A DNA stretch of 64,000 nt from an uncultured bacterium. Lineage in GTDB: Bacteria; Krumholzibacteriota; Krumholzibacteriia; LZORAL124-64-63. Each line of letters begins with the position of its first letter. The stretch's first letter is position 1. Location of the stretch: contig CALMJK010000016.1 of assembly GCA_937864225.1 (NCBI GenBank), positions 34,030 through 98,029 of the forward strand, given 5' to 3'. Both the position numbers and the translations under genes were made by a program. This document shows positions 1 through 9,597 of this stretch, piece after piece. The notes below the pieces were generated by a model, which was not told the origin of the DNA, made no database searches, and saw only the letters and a list, made by a program, of their open reading frames with translations.

Positions 1-587
1 CCGGCCGCACCTGGTACCTGGACCCCATCGACGGGACCACCAACTACGTTCACGACTACCCCTTCTACTGCGTGTCGGTCGCCTGCGCCCAGGACAGCGA
101 GTTGCTGTGGGCAGCCGTCTACGCGCCCTACTTGGACGAGCTCTACCTGGCGGCGCGCGCAGGCGGGGCCCGTCTGGAGCGACCGCGCGCCGGGGAAGCC
201 CGCGCGCTGGCGAGGCGGGAGCCCGTCGCGCTCACGCGGGCCCTGCTGGCCACCGGCTTTCCATACCGGCGCGACGAGCTCGTGGCCCGCAACGCCGCCC
301 ACATGCAGCGCTTTCTCATGTTGGGTTGCCACGACGTGCGGCGGGGCGGCAGCGCCGCGTTGGATCTCTGCCACGTCGGGGCCGGCAAGCTGGACGGCTA
401 TTGGGAGATGAGCCTGCGCGTGTGGGACTGCGCCGCCGGCACCCTCGTGGCGCGCGAGGCCGGGGCGGTGGTGACCGACTTCGCGGGACAGGGCGGCCTG
501 CTCTCGGGGCAATCGATCCTCGCCGCGGCGCCGGGCCTGCACGCCGAGATGCAGGCGCAACTGCGAGGGAGTGGCGATGGCGCGTGA
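1..587 (+). CDS. Inositol monophosphatase family protein (SuhB-like), 5'-truncated at window edge
   Basis: The translation contains the WDxAAG motif and conserved C-terminal IMPase-fold residues (…MLGCHDVRRGGSAALDLCHVGAGKLDGYWE…WDCAAGTLVAREAGAVVTDF…). The reading frame is open back to base 1. Confidence 0.75.
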   Translation, partial: GRTWYLDPIDGTTNYVHDYPFYCVSVACAQDSELLWAAVYAPYLDELYLAARAGGARLERPRAGEARALARREPVALTRALLATGFPYRRDELVARNAAHMQRFLMLGCHDVRRGGSAALDLCHVGAGKLDGYWEMSLRVWDCAAGTLVAREAGAVVTDFAGQGGLLSGQSILAAAPGLHAEMQAQLRGSGDGA

Positions 588-596
588 TGACGACGC

Positions 597-1481
597 GTGC
601 GCGCAGGTCGGCGAGGCCACCGGCCGCTGGGCGTGCGGGGGGGGGGGACCGTGATCCGCGTCGTGACCCTCCTGACGGACTTCGGGCTCGCCGATCCCTA
701 CGTGGCCGAAATGCGCGCGCGACTCTATGCGGAATGGAGCCGCTTCCCGGCTCCCGACCCGCTGCCGGTGGTCGTGGATCTGTCGCATGGCGTGCCGATG
801 GGCGACGTGGCGGCGGCCGCCTGGCTCCTGGCGCGGACGGCCCCCGGTTTCCCGGCGGGGGCAGTGCATCTGGCGGTCGTCGATCCCGGCGTGGGCACGG
901 AGCGGCCCGCGGTGGCGGTCGCGGCGCGCGGACAGCTGTGGGTCGGCCCGGGGAACGGCCTGTTCGAGTTCTTGCGGCGGGACGGCGCGGACGTGGAGGT
1001 CGTGCACCTCGACAATCCGCTTTACCTGCGGGGCCCGGGGGGGCGCCCGGCCAGCACGTTTCACGGGCGCGACGTCTTCGCGCCGGCGGCCGCGCACCTG
1101 GCCATGGGCGTGCCGCTGGCGCAGGTCGGATCGCCCGCCCCGGCGGCGGCGCTGGGGCGGCTGGCCGAGGCCGGCGCCGCGGAGAGCGGCCCGCAAGCCG
1201 AGCGGATCGGACAGGTGGTCTGGATCGACCGTTTCGGGAACGCGCTCACCGACGTGCGGCGGGACGGGCCTCACGGCGAGCGCCTGGCCGGCGGCGCGGC
1301 CATCGCGCTGGGCGCCGCGCGAGCGCTCGGCCCGGTGCAGACCTACGCGCGAGGCGCCACGGCAGCGCCGTTCTGGTATTGGGGCAGCGGCGACACGCTC
1401 GAGGTCGCGCTGCGGGGCCGCGACGCCGCGCGCGAGTACGGCTGGAAGGTCGGTTTGGCGGTGAGGATCGCCACGCCCTAG
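597..1481 (+). CDS. S-adenosyl-L-methionine hydroxide adenosyltransferase (DUF62; fluorinase/chlorinase SalL/FlA family)
   Basis: It carries the N-terminal LLTDFG motif, the central HLAVVDPGVGT motif and the FHGRDVFAP motif typical of DUF62. The start is GTG at either 597 or 651. A G11 homopolymer lies at 637-647. Confidence 0.75.
   Translation: MRAGRRGHRPLGVRGGGTVIRVVTLLTDFGLADPYVAEMRARLYAEWSRFPAPDPLPVVVDLSHGVPMGDVAAAAWLLARTAPGFPAGAVHLAVVDPGVGTERPAVAVAARGQLWVGPGNGLFEFLRRDGADVEVVHLDNPLYLRGPGGRPASTFHGRDVFAPAAAHLAMGVPLAQVGSPAPAAALGRLAEAGAAESGPQAERIGQVVWIDRFGNALTDVRRDGPHGERLAGGAAIALGAARALGPVQTYARGATAAPFWYWGSGDTLEVALRGRDAAREYGWKVGLAVRIATP
637..647 (+). repeat. G11 homopolymeric tract inside the 5' end of the DUF62 gene
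   Basis: The sequence gcgtgc-ggggggggggg-acc encodes GGG in frame. Confidence 0.9.
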
Positions 1482-1511
1482 ATTCATGGGGACCGTCAGC
1501 AGGAGGATCGC

Positions 1512-2285
1512 ATGCTCGTGCGCGCTGGATTGTCCGGCCTTCGTCCGCGCCTGATGGCGGCCCCCGTGGCGCTGGCCGTGTTGCTCTCTCTGGCCTCTTG
1601 CGCGGGGCCGCGGTTCGGTCTGCCGTATCCCCGCGAGCGGGCCGGGCTGGCCTTCACCGACTCGTTGCCGCCGCGCGTCTTTCTAGAGCAGGTGCAGGAT
1701 CTGCGGCCGAAGGCGCAACGCGAGGGACAGGGCGTCTTCTTCAAGCTCACTTTTCCGAGCGACGACAGCTGGGAGCGACCCGTCGACCAGATCTACCGGC
1801 AAGCGCTGAGCCAGGACCTCGCGCAGACGCGGGTCGTCGAGCTGGTCCCGCTGCCTCGCCAGGCCGCGTACACGCTTTCGGCCGAGCTCTTCTCGTTCGG
1901 CTGCCGCCTGGAGCGTTCGCCGGCGGCGTTTCTGATGCCGCTGGGCGGCGGCATGATGGCCGGGCTGGTGCTGGGCGAGGACAGCTCGGACAAGCTCAAG
2001 CTCGGCGCCGTGCTGGGCCTGGCCCTGACGATGGCGATGCCGATGCCCACCGCGCACCGGGCCGAGTGCGAGGTGCGCCTGACCTTGCGCGACCCGTCCG
2101 GCGCGGTCGTTTGGCAGAAGGCCTGTCTCGGCGAGGTGGATGGGAGGGCCTACATCCCGGCCACGGCGCGCGACGACCGCAAACTGGCGCAGAAGCATCT
2201 GCCCAGGGCGGTCAAGCGCTGCAACGCTTGCCTGTTGGGACAATTGAGGGATTTCCTGTCGCGGCAGGGAGCGGCGGCGCAGTGA
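1512..2285 (+). CDS. Hypothetical lipoprotein (signal peptide with LASC lipobox)
   Basis: The N-terminus MAAPVALAVLLSLASCAGP is a typical signal peptidase II lipobox. No recognisable catalytic motifs were found. Confidence 0.45.
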   Translation: MLVRAGLSGLRPRLMAAPVALAVLLSLASCAGPRFGLPYPRERAGLAFTDSLPPRVFLEQVQDLRPKAQREGQGVFFKLTFPSDDSWERPVDQIYRQALSQDLAQTRVVELVPLPRQAAYTLSAELFSFGCRLERSPAAFLMPLGGGMMAGLVLGEDSSDKLKLGAVLGLALTMAMPMPTAHRAECEVRLTLRDPSGAVVWQKACLGEVDGRAYIPATARDDRKLAQKHLPRAVKRCNACLLGQLRDFLSRQGAAAQ

Positions 2286-2306
2286 GCGCCACGCCAGACC
2301 GCCGGG

Positions 2307-3659
2307 TCAGAGCAGGCGGGCCGCCAGGCTCGCCAACTCGCTGCGCTCGCTCTTGGCCAGCGTGATGTGGCCGTAGATCGGCTCCTGCTTGAAGCGTTCG
2401 ACGACGTACGTGAGTCCGTTGCTGGCGGCGTCCAGATACGGGTTGTCGATCTGGTACGCGTCGCCCGTCAGGATCACCTTGGAACCGTGGCCGGCCCGGC
2501 TGATCACGGTCTTCACCTCGTGCGGCGTCAGGTTCTGCGCCTCGTCGATGATGATGAACAGTTTGGGCAGGCTCCTGCCGCGGATGTAGGTGACCGCCTC
2601 GACCTCGATGAGACCGGCGTCGAACAGGTACTGCACCTTGTCGCCGGATTTCTCCAGTTCCGGATCCACCAAGAACTGCAAGTTGTCGAAGATCGGTTCC
2701 ATCCAACTCTCGAGCTTCTCGTCCTTGGTCCCCGGCAGATAGCCGATGTCGCGCCCCAACGGCATGATCGGCCGCGAGACCATGATCTTGCGGTAGCTCT
2801 TCTCCTCGGCCACCTTGTGCAGGCCCACCGCGAGGGCCAGCAGCGTCTTGCCCGTTCCCGCCTGCCCGAGCATGCTCACGAGCTGGATATCTGGGCGCAT
2901 CAGCAGCTCGAGCGCGAAGCGCTGTTGCAGGTTGAGCGGCTGCAGTCCCCAGGGGCGCGCCGCCTCGTGCTGCAGCGGCTCCACGCGGCCCGACTCGCGC
3001 CGGTGCATGCCCAGGGCCGTGTGCTTCGGGTTGCCGGCCGCGCGCAGCAGCACGCCCTCGTTGGGCTGCAGATCGGCGGGGGCCGGCAGGGCCTCGCCGC
3101 GATAAAAGGCGTCGACCGCTTGGTCCGGCACTTCGAGTTCCCGCCATCCCGTGTACAGCTCGTCGAAGCTGACCGTGCCGCGCTGCAGATCCTCCGATTT
3201 GAGCCCCAGCGCGTCGCCCTTGACCCGCGCGTTGATGTCCTTCGTGACGAAAACGACCTCGACGCCCCGATCCCGTAGGAAAAGGCCGGCGGCCAGGATG
3301 CGGTTGTCCGGGATGCTGCCGTCCAAGCCGCGCGGGAGGTACTCGACGTACGTGTCGACCAGCACGAACAGCCGCCCGCCGTGCGGCAGGGGGACGCCCT
3401 CGCGCAGGGCGCCGTGCGTGCGCAACGCGTCGATCGCGCGGATGACGCGCCGGGCGTTGCGGCCGCGCTCGTCGTTCTCGCGCTTGAAGCGGTCCAACTC
3501 CTCGAGCACGTCGACGGTCAGGATGATGTCCCGGTCGTCGAAGGCGTCGAGGGCGCTGGCGTCGTGCAGAAGGACGTTCGTGTCGAGCAGGTAACAGCGA
3601 CCCGTGAGGTTGGCGAGGCAATTGCCATTGGACGGTTTAACGGCGGCGTTGTCGGCCAT
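2307..3659 (-). CDS. PhoH2: N-terminal PIN-domain RNase fused to PhoH-like P-loop ATPase
   Basis: The N-terminus is PIN-like (YLLDTNVLLHD…TVDVLEELD). The C-terminal half has a Walker A motif GQAGTGKT and a Walker B motif LFIIIDEAQNL with PhoH-like conservation. Confidence 0.85.
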   Translation of the reverse strand: MADNAAVKPSNGNCLANLTGRCYLLDTNVLLHDASALDAFDDRDIILTVDVLEELDRFKRENDERGRNARRVIRAIDALRTHGALREGVPLPHGGRLFVLVDTYVEYLPRGLDGSIPDNRILAAGLFLRDRGVEVVFVTKDINARVKGDALGLKSEDLQRGTVSFDELYTGWRELEVPDQAVDAFYRGEALPAPADLQPNEGVLLRAAGNPKHTALGMHRRESGRVEPLQHEAARPWGLQPLNLQQRFALELLMRPDIQLVSMLGQAGTGKTLLALAVGLHKVAEEKSYRKIMVSRPIMPLGRDIGYLPGTKDEKLESWMEPIFDNLQFLVDPELEKSGDKVQYLFDAGLIEVEAVTYIRGRSLPKLFIIIDEAQNLTPHEVKTVISRAGHGSKVILTGDAYQIDNPYLDAASNGLTYVVERFKQEPIYGHITLAKSERSELASLAARLL

Positions 3660-3926
3660 GGTCCCTCCGTGGCGAGAGGCTGCGGTGCGCCACCTGGTCG
3701 GCGCTGCCCGTTCCTACAAGTTCGGCGGCTGCGGCCCTGCTTTTAGCTCAACCGTGCCGAACCGTCTGCGAAACAGTTCAACCGGCGGCCGCGGAGTGAG
3801 ATTGTAGTGTATGAAAAGTCTCCATTGCAGCAGAATCTCCGGCGTGGCAGGACAAAGCGTCCGTGAGCGGACGCCCGTGCCCAAGGAGGGCCCATGTGCG
3901 GCGAGAAGCAGGCTAGAGGCGACACC

Positions 3927-5297
<1,371 letters not shown>

Positions 5298-5315
5298 CGC
5301 TCGATCTGGAAGGGG

Positions 5316-5753
5316 TTGCCCATGCCCGCCCTGGGTCTGATAGCGCTGGCCACCGGGCTGGTCGCCCAGGTGTTCAAGATGCTTCTGCTGTCGGCGCGCA
5401 CGCGACGCCTGGATCTCTCCGCGCTCGCCGCCACCGGCGGCATGCCCAGCTCACACACCGCAGCGGTCACCACGCTGGCACTGCTGGTGGGGGAACGGTC
5501 CGGGTGGGCCTCCTCCATGTTCAGCGTCGCCATCGTCTTCGGCCTGTACGTCGTGTTCGAAGCGACCGGGCTGCGACAGGAAGTCGGCAAACAGGCCCGC
5601 CTGCTCAACGACCTGGTCGAGCAGTACCGGCTCACGCACGCCCTGGACAGGTCGCGGCTGCGCGAGCTGACCGGGCACACCTGGGCCGAGGTGGCGGGAG
5701 GCTTCCTCTGCGGCGTCGGCGGCTGGCTGGTGGGCCGGGCGCTCCTCGCCTAG
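5316..5753 (+). CDS. Divergent PAP2-family membrane protein (DUF212/YuiD-like)
   Basis: This is a small membrane protein with a GGMPSSHTA motif typical of the DUF212 acid-phosphatase-related family. A good RBS (GGAAGGGG) lies upstream. Confidence 0.55.
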   Translation: MPMPALGLIALATGLVAQVFKMLLLSARTRRLDLSALAATGGMPSSHTAAVTTLALLVGERSGWASSMFSVAIVFGLYVVFEATGLRQEVGKQARLLNDLVEQYRLTHALDRSRLRELTGHTWAEVAGGFLCGVGGWLVGRALLA

Positions 5754-5777
5754 GCGCGGCGCCCGCCGCGATTCTGC

Positions 5778-5805
5778 TTGACAGTCTCCGGCCCCGTCTT
5801 AAATG
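5778..5805 (+). promoter_or_regulatory. Candidate sigma70-type promoter (TTGACA-16-TAAATG) upstream of the ParA-like gene
   Basis: The hexamers were read directly from the intergenic sequence. The -10 element matches the consensus only weakly. Confidence 0.3.
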
Positions 5806-5926
5806 CTGGCATTTGGCCTCGGTGGGGCGGAGGGAGCCGCCGCCGCCGGTGGCGGTGAAACGGAGGTGGTCGGCGGGTCCGCGCCCGCGGACGGCGGGCA
5901 AGCCGATCAGAAAGGACGGGGTCATG

Positions 5927-6997
5927 AGGATCATTGCCCTGGCCAACCAGAAGGGTGGATGCGGCAAGACCACGGTTGCCACGAACTTGGCGGCGGCGCT
6001 GGCGCAGCTCGGCAAGCGCGTCCTGCTCATCGATAACGACCCGCAGGGGCATGCCACGCTCGCGTTCGGTTTCGGCGAACGCGATTTCTCGCTGAGCACC
6101 TACGATCTCTATCTCACCACGGACATTTTGGTGGAGGACGCGTTCCTCGAGGTCGCGGGGGGCCTGCATCTGGTGCCCGCGGGCATCGAGTTGAGCGCCG
6201 TGGAGCAGGCGCTGGCCCGCGAACCGGAGAAGGAGCAACGCCTCCGGAAGACCTTGCGGCGGTCGGCGCTGCCTTACGACATCGTGCTGATCGATTGCCC
6301 GCCGAGCGTGGGCCTGCTCACGTTCAACGCGTTGCTGGCCTGCGGGGAGGTCGTCGTGCCGGTCGACGCCAGCACCCAGAGCCTGCAGGCCGTGCGCAAA
6401 TTCCGCGAAACGCTGGCGGTTCTGCGGGAGAAGCGGGGACACGACGTCCTGCCGCACGTCCTGTTGTCGAATTTCGACCCGCGTCCGCGGTTTGCGCGCG
6501 GATTGTCGGGAGAACTGGGAGAACAGCACGGCGACGTTCTGCTCGAGACGATCGTGCACCATACTGTCCGCCTGAAGGAGGCCGCCGCGGCAGGCGTGCC
6601 GGTGGCGCTCTTCGATCCGGGCTCGCGCGGCAGCCTCGATTTCCGCCTCCTGGCCGAAGAATTGGTGGCGAGACAGGTCACGCTGGGCGTGCCCGACCTG
6701 GACCGGTGGGCCGAACTGCTGCACGGTCCGCAGATCACGCCCGAGGGAGTCTGTTTCGCGGGCCGCTTCCCCCGCGCGGCCTCGGTGCGCGTGACCGGAT
6801 CCTTCAGCGGCTGGAGCGCGGAGGGCGTGCCGCTGCATCCGGGGCCCGACGGGCGCTGGGAGACCACGCTCCCGCTGTCGCCCGGCCGGCACGAGTATCG
6901 TTTCGTGGTCGATGGCCAGTGGCAGACGGACCCGGAGAACCCCGAGAGCATCGCCAACGAGTTTGGCGGGCGCAATTCGCTCGTCACGGTGCCCTGA
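5927..6997 (+). CDS. ParA/MinD-family ATPase fused to a C-terminal CBM48/AMPK-beta glycogen-binding domain
   Basis: The N-terminus has the deviant Walker A motif KGGCGKTT and the fold of Soj/ParA. The C-terminal 90 aa (RVTGSFSGWSAEGVPLHPGPDGRWETTLPLSPGRHEYRFVVDGQWQTDPENP) matches the AMPK1_CBM/CBM48 signature. A strong RBS precedes the ATG at 5927, and the listed ORF start at 5153 is an upstream artifact. Confidence 0.8.
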   Translation, partial: RIIALANQKGGCGKTTVATNLAAALAQLGKRVLLIDNDPQGHATLAFGFGERDFSLSTYDLYLTTDILVEDAFLEVAGGLHLVPAGIELSAVEQALAREPEKEQRLRKTLRRSALPYDIVLIDCPPSVGLLTFNALLACGEVVVPVDASTQSLQAVRKFRETLAVLREKRGHDVLPHVLLSNFDPRPRFARGLSGELGEQHGDVLLETIVHHTVRLKEAAAAGVPVALFDPGSRGSLDFRLLAEELVARQVTLGVPDLDRWAELLHGPQITPEGVCFAGRFPRAASVRVTGSFSGWSAEGVPLHPGPDGRWETTLPLSPGRHEYRFVVDGQWQTDPENPESIANEFGGRNSLVTVP

Positions 6998-7001
6998 CGC
7001 C

Positions 7002-7871
7002 GTGCCGGGCGCGACGGCCAGCAGTTCCCGCGGCCATCACATTCGCGCCGTGGTCGATCAGTTCCTGGCGGACGGGTGGACGGCTCCGCTTCCGCGGGCC
7101 ACGGCTTCGTGGTCAGGCGCTCGGCCATTCCGCTTCGCGGTGGCCGCGCCCGGCGCCGGCGCCGTCGCGGCTTGGGTCTGCGCGCGCCTGGCCCGCGCGA
7201 GCTTGCGGATCGGCGCGGGCGACGGCGGCGCGCCTCCCCGCGTGATGCTGGAGGAATGGCACCAGCAGCTCTGGTCCGCGGTGCCGTTTCTGGGCGGCAC
7301 GGATCACGATCATCTGCGACGGCTGTTCCGTCCGCTCGACCCTGGAGGCTCGACCGGTGTCGCCCGGCGCTGGGTGGGCGCGGTCGAAGTCGTGCCGCCG
7401 CAACCCACCGAGTCGCCGCCGAACGCGAGCGGGAGTTTCGGCATTTGTTGGCTGAACTTCGGCCGCCTCTCGCCCGAGGCGATCGAGGCCGTGGAGGCGC
7501 TGCCGGCGTGGGACGGAGGCGCCGCCAGGGCCGGAGGTGTCGATGGCCTGGTCTGGTGCCGCGGCGAAGAGGATGGCGGCGCCCTGCGTGACGCCTATTG
7601 GCTGGGCCGGTTGATCGCCGCCACGGGCGCCCGACAGGTGCGGCTGGTCCGCGTTTGCGCCACGGCGCGCCGTCCGGACACGGCGCTCGCCCGGGAGGCC
7701 TCGCTGGCCGCCAGCGTTGCGCCCGATCTGCAGGTGGAGGCGTTGCCGCTGCTCGTCGCGGACCTTGTCGCCGACACGGGCGCCGACGACCCGCTGGCGC
7801 GACTCGCCGCGGGCATGACCATGGCGGCGGCCGCCGCCCGGCGGCGGCCGGGGGAGGCGGCGCGGGCATGA
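7002..7871 (+). CDS. Hypothetical protein (GTG start, follows ParA-CBM48 gene)
   Basis: The reading frame is open with no recognisable domains. Its ATGA overlap with the next ORF supports a real coupled gene, but high-GC ORF calls are uncertain. Confidence 0.35.
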   Translation: MPGATASSSRGHHIRAVVDQFLADGWTAPLPRATASWSGARPFRFAVAAPGAGAVAAWVCARLARASLRIGAGDGGAPPRVMLEEWHQQLWSAVPFLGGTDHDHLRRLFRPLDPGGSTGVARRWVGAVEVVPPQPTESPPNASGSFGICWLNFGRLSPEAIEAVEALPAWDGGAARAGGVDGLVWCRGEEDGGALRDAYWLGRLIAATGARQVRLVRVCATARRPDTALAREASLAASVAPDLQVEALPLLVADLVADTGADDPLARLAAGMTMAAAAARRRPGEAARA

Positions 7872-8203
7872 CAAGTCCGGACCAATTCGTCCAAGTCGGA
7901 CTGATCGAGCCCGGTCCGTTGCGTGAGGACTTCCGCCGCTTTCTGGCGCTGGCCCGAGACCTCGGCCCCGAGGTGACGCTGCGGGAGGAACCGTTTGTCA
8001 TCGTGCTGGAACGCGATGGCGCGCCGCTGTTGCGCGCCCGGCTCGCAGCCCGTCAGGTGCAGATGCTGCTGGGAGCGCAAGGGAACGCGGTCGTGGAATG
8101 TCGCCACCACGAGGATTTCGTGGGCGTGCTGTCGTGGCTTCTGGAGGGCGAACGCCGCCGCATGGGCGCCGCGTTGGCCGACTCCGGAACCGCCTGGGCA
8201 TGA
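7868..8203 (+). CDS. Hypothetical small protein, translationally coupled on both sides
   Basis: The start ATG at 7868 overlaps the upstream stop (ATGA), and its own stop overlaps the WaaL-like start at 8200 (ATGA). Confidence 0.35.
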   Translation: MTSPDQFVQVGLIEPGPLREDFRRFLALARDLGPEVTLREEPFVIVLERDGAPLLRARLAARQVQMLLGAQGNAVVECRHHEDFVGVLSWLLEGERRRMGAALADSGTAWA

Positions 8204-9597
8204 ACCCGCCCGCCGGTGCCGCCGACGCGACGGGCGCACGGCCGCCTCGGCTGGCGGAAATCCTCTGGGGGGCAGCGCTCGTCAGCTTGGCTTGGGTCGG
8301 CGTCGATCCCGTGGCGCTGGCCACGGGGCGTGACCTGGGGGCGGGCTTCCAACCCTCCTATCTTCTCCTGGCGGGCGCCATCTGCGCCTGGATTCCCTTC
8401 GGGAGCCGCGGCGCGCGGGCGAAGGTGTGCCGGCTTGCGGCCTGGCAATGGTTCGCGCTGGTCGGCTTGGTGGTCGCCCTCGCCTCCGGCGCTGGTCTTT
8501 TCTTGGCGCCGCCGCCGGGTGTCGCGCTCTCGGCGCGCATGATGCGATTTGTCAAACAAATTGTCCAATTGATTGTCATGATATCTTTTATGTCATTTAC
8601 GATTTACTGGACGCGCGGCGCCGGGCGCTGGGCGCGGGTGCGCGATCTGTTCGGCGTGGGCTGCGCGATCCAGATCGCCTGGGGCCTGACCCAGGCGGTG
8701 ACCTTCGGGCACGCGCCGGGCTGGTTCGTGGCTGCCGAGCGGATCGCGACCTCCAACCCCAGCATCCTTTCCGGGTCCGGGGAACTCTTTCTGGGCGGCG
8801 TCTTCACGGGGATTCCCAGGGTGCGCGGCACCGTCTGCGAACCGCTCTATCTGGCCAACTACGCCTTGTTGGCCCTGCCCGTGCTGCTGTTGCCCGGCTC
8901 GCGGCGATGGCAGCGGGCGATCGCGTGCGGCGCGGGAGTGCTGCTGTTGCTGAGCTGGTCGCGGGGCGCTTGGCTGGCCGCGGTCGTGGGGGTGGGGGTA
9001 TGGGCCGCGCTGGCGGCGCGCGCCCGCTGCCTGCCCCGCCCGGGCCGGCGCTGGTGGGCGCTGGTGGTGGTCCTGGTCGTCATCGCCGTGACGGCGGCCG
9101 CGCTGCGTCCCGATCTCGCGTTGCTGCCGGGCCGGCGATTGCTGCAGGTCTTCAATCGCGCCGATTGGTCGAACCTGACGCGGTTCTACTCCATGCAGGC
9201 CGCCTGGCGCGCCTGGCTGCTCAGCCCGTGGCTGGGGGTGGGCTGGGGTCAGTTCGGGTTCCACTTCCCCGCGCTTGCGGACCCCCTTGGACTGCAAAGC
9301 CAGTTCTCGTGGCCGGTCGTCAACAATTTCCCGCTGGCGATCCTGTGCGAGACGGGTCTGCTCGGGTTCGGCGTGCTGGCCGCGGCGGGCGCCTGGCTGG
9401 CACGGGCCAGTTGGCGCGCCGTCCGCACAGGCGCCGGCAGCGCGGCCGCGGGACGCGTGGCGCTGCTGGCGGCAGGCACGGCGGCGGTCTGGTCGCAGTT
9501 GCTGACGTTCTCGCAGTACAACTTGCCTCACATCTGGGTGGCGCCGGGTCTGCTGCTGGCCGCCTTGGCCGAGGCGCGAGAGGACCGGCATGGCTGA
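8200..9597 (+). CDS. O-antigen ligase family membrane protein (WaaL/Wzy_C-like)
   Basis: It is a multi-TM protein with the SRGAWLA motif and a periplasmic loop typical of Wzy_C. An AT-rich codon island sits inside the gene at 8538-8610. Confidence 0.6.
   Translation: MNPPAGAADATGARPPRLAEILWGAALVSLAWVGVDPVALATGRDLGAGFQPSYLLLAGAICAWIPFGSRGARAKVCRLAAWQWFALVGLVVALASGAGLFLAPPPGVALSARMMRFVKQIVQLIVMISFMSFTIYWTRGAGRWARVRDLFGVGCAIQIAWGLTQAVTFGHAPGWFVAAERIATSNPSILSGSGELFLGGVFTGIPRVRGTVCEPLYLANYALLALPVLLLPGSRRWQRAIACGAGVLLLLSWSRGAWLAAVVGVGVWAALAARARCLPRPGRRWWALVVVLVVIAVTAAALRPDLALLPGRRLLQVFNRADWSNLTRFYSMQAAWRAWLLSPWLGVGWGQFGFHFPALADPLGLQSQFSWPVVNNFPLAILCETGLLGFGVLAAAGAWLARASWRAVRTGAGSAAAGRVALLAAGTAAVWSQLLTFSQYNLPHIWVAPGLLLAALAEAREDRHG

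Noticed and set aside
107-2365. 752-aa + strand ORF spanning three genes
   Set aside because: It is an out-of-frame read-through across the suhB-like, DUF62 and lipoprotein genes. The translation is Arg/Gly/Ala repetitive with no motifs.
3660-3926. Possible sigma54 (-24/-12) element TGGCAG-N6-AGCG upstream of glnA
   Set aside because: The GG/GC spacing is off by one and the -12 region lacks TTGC. The match is too weak to call without a genome-specific consensus.
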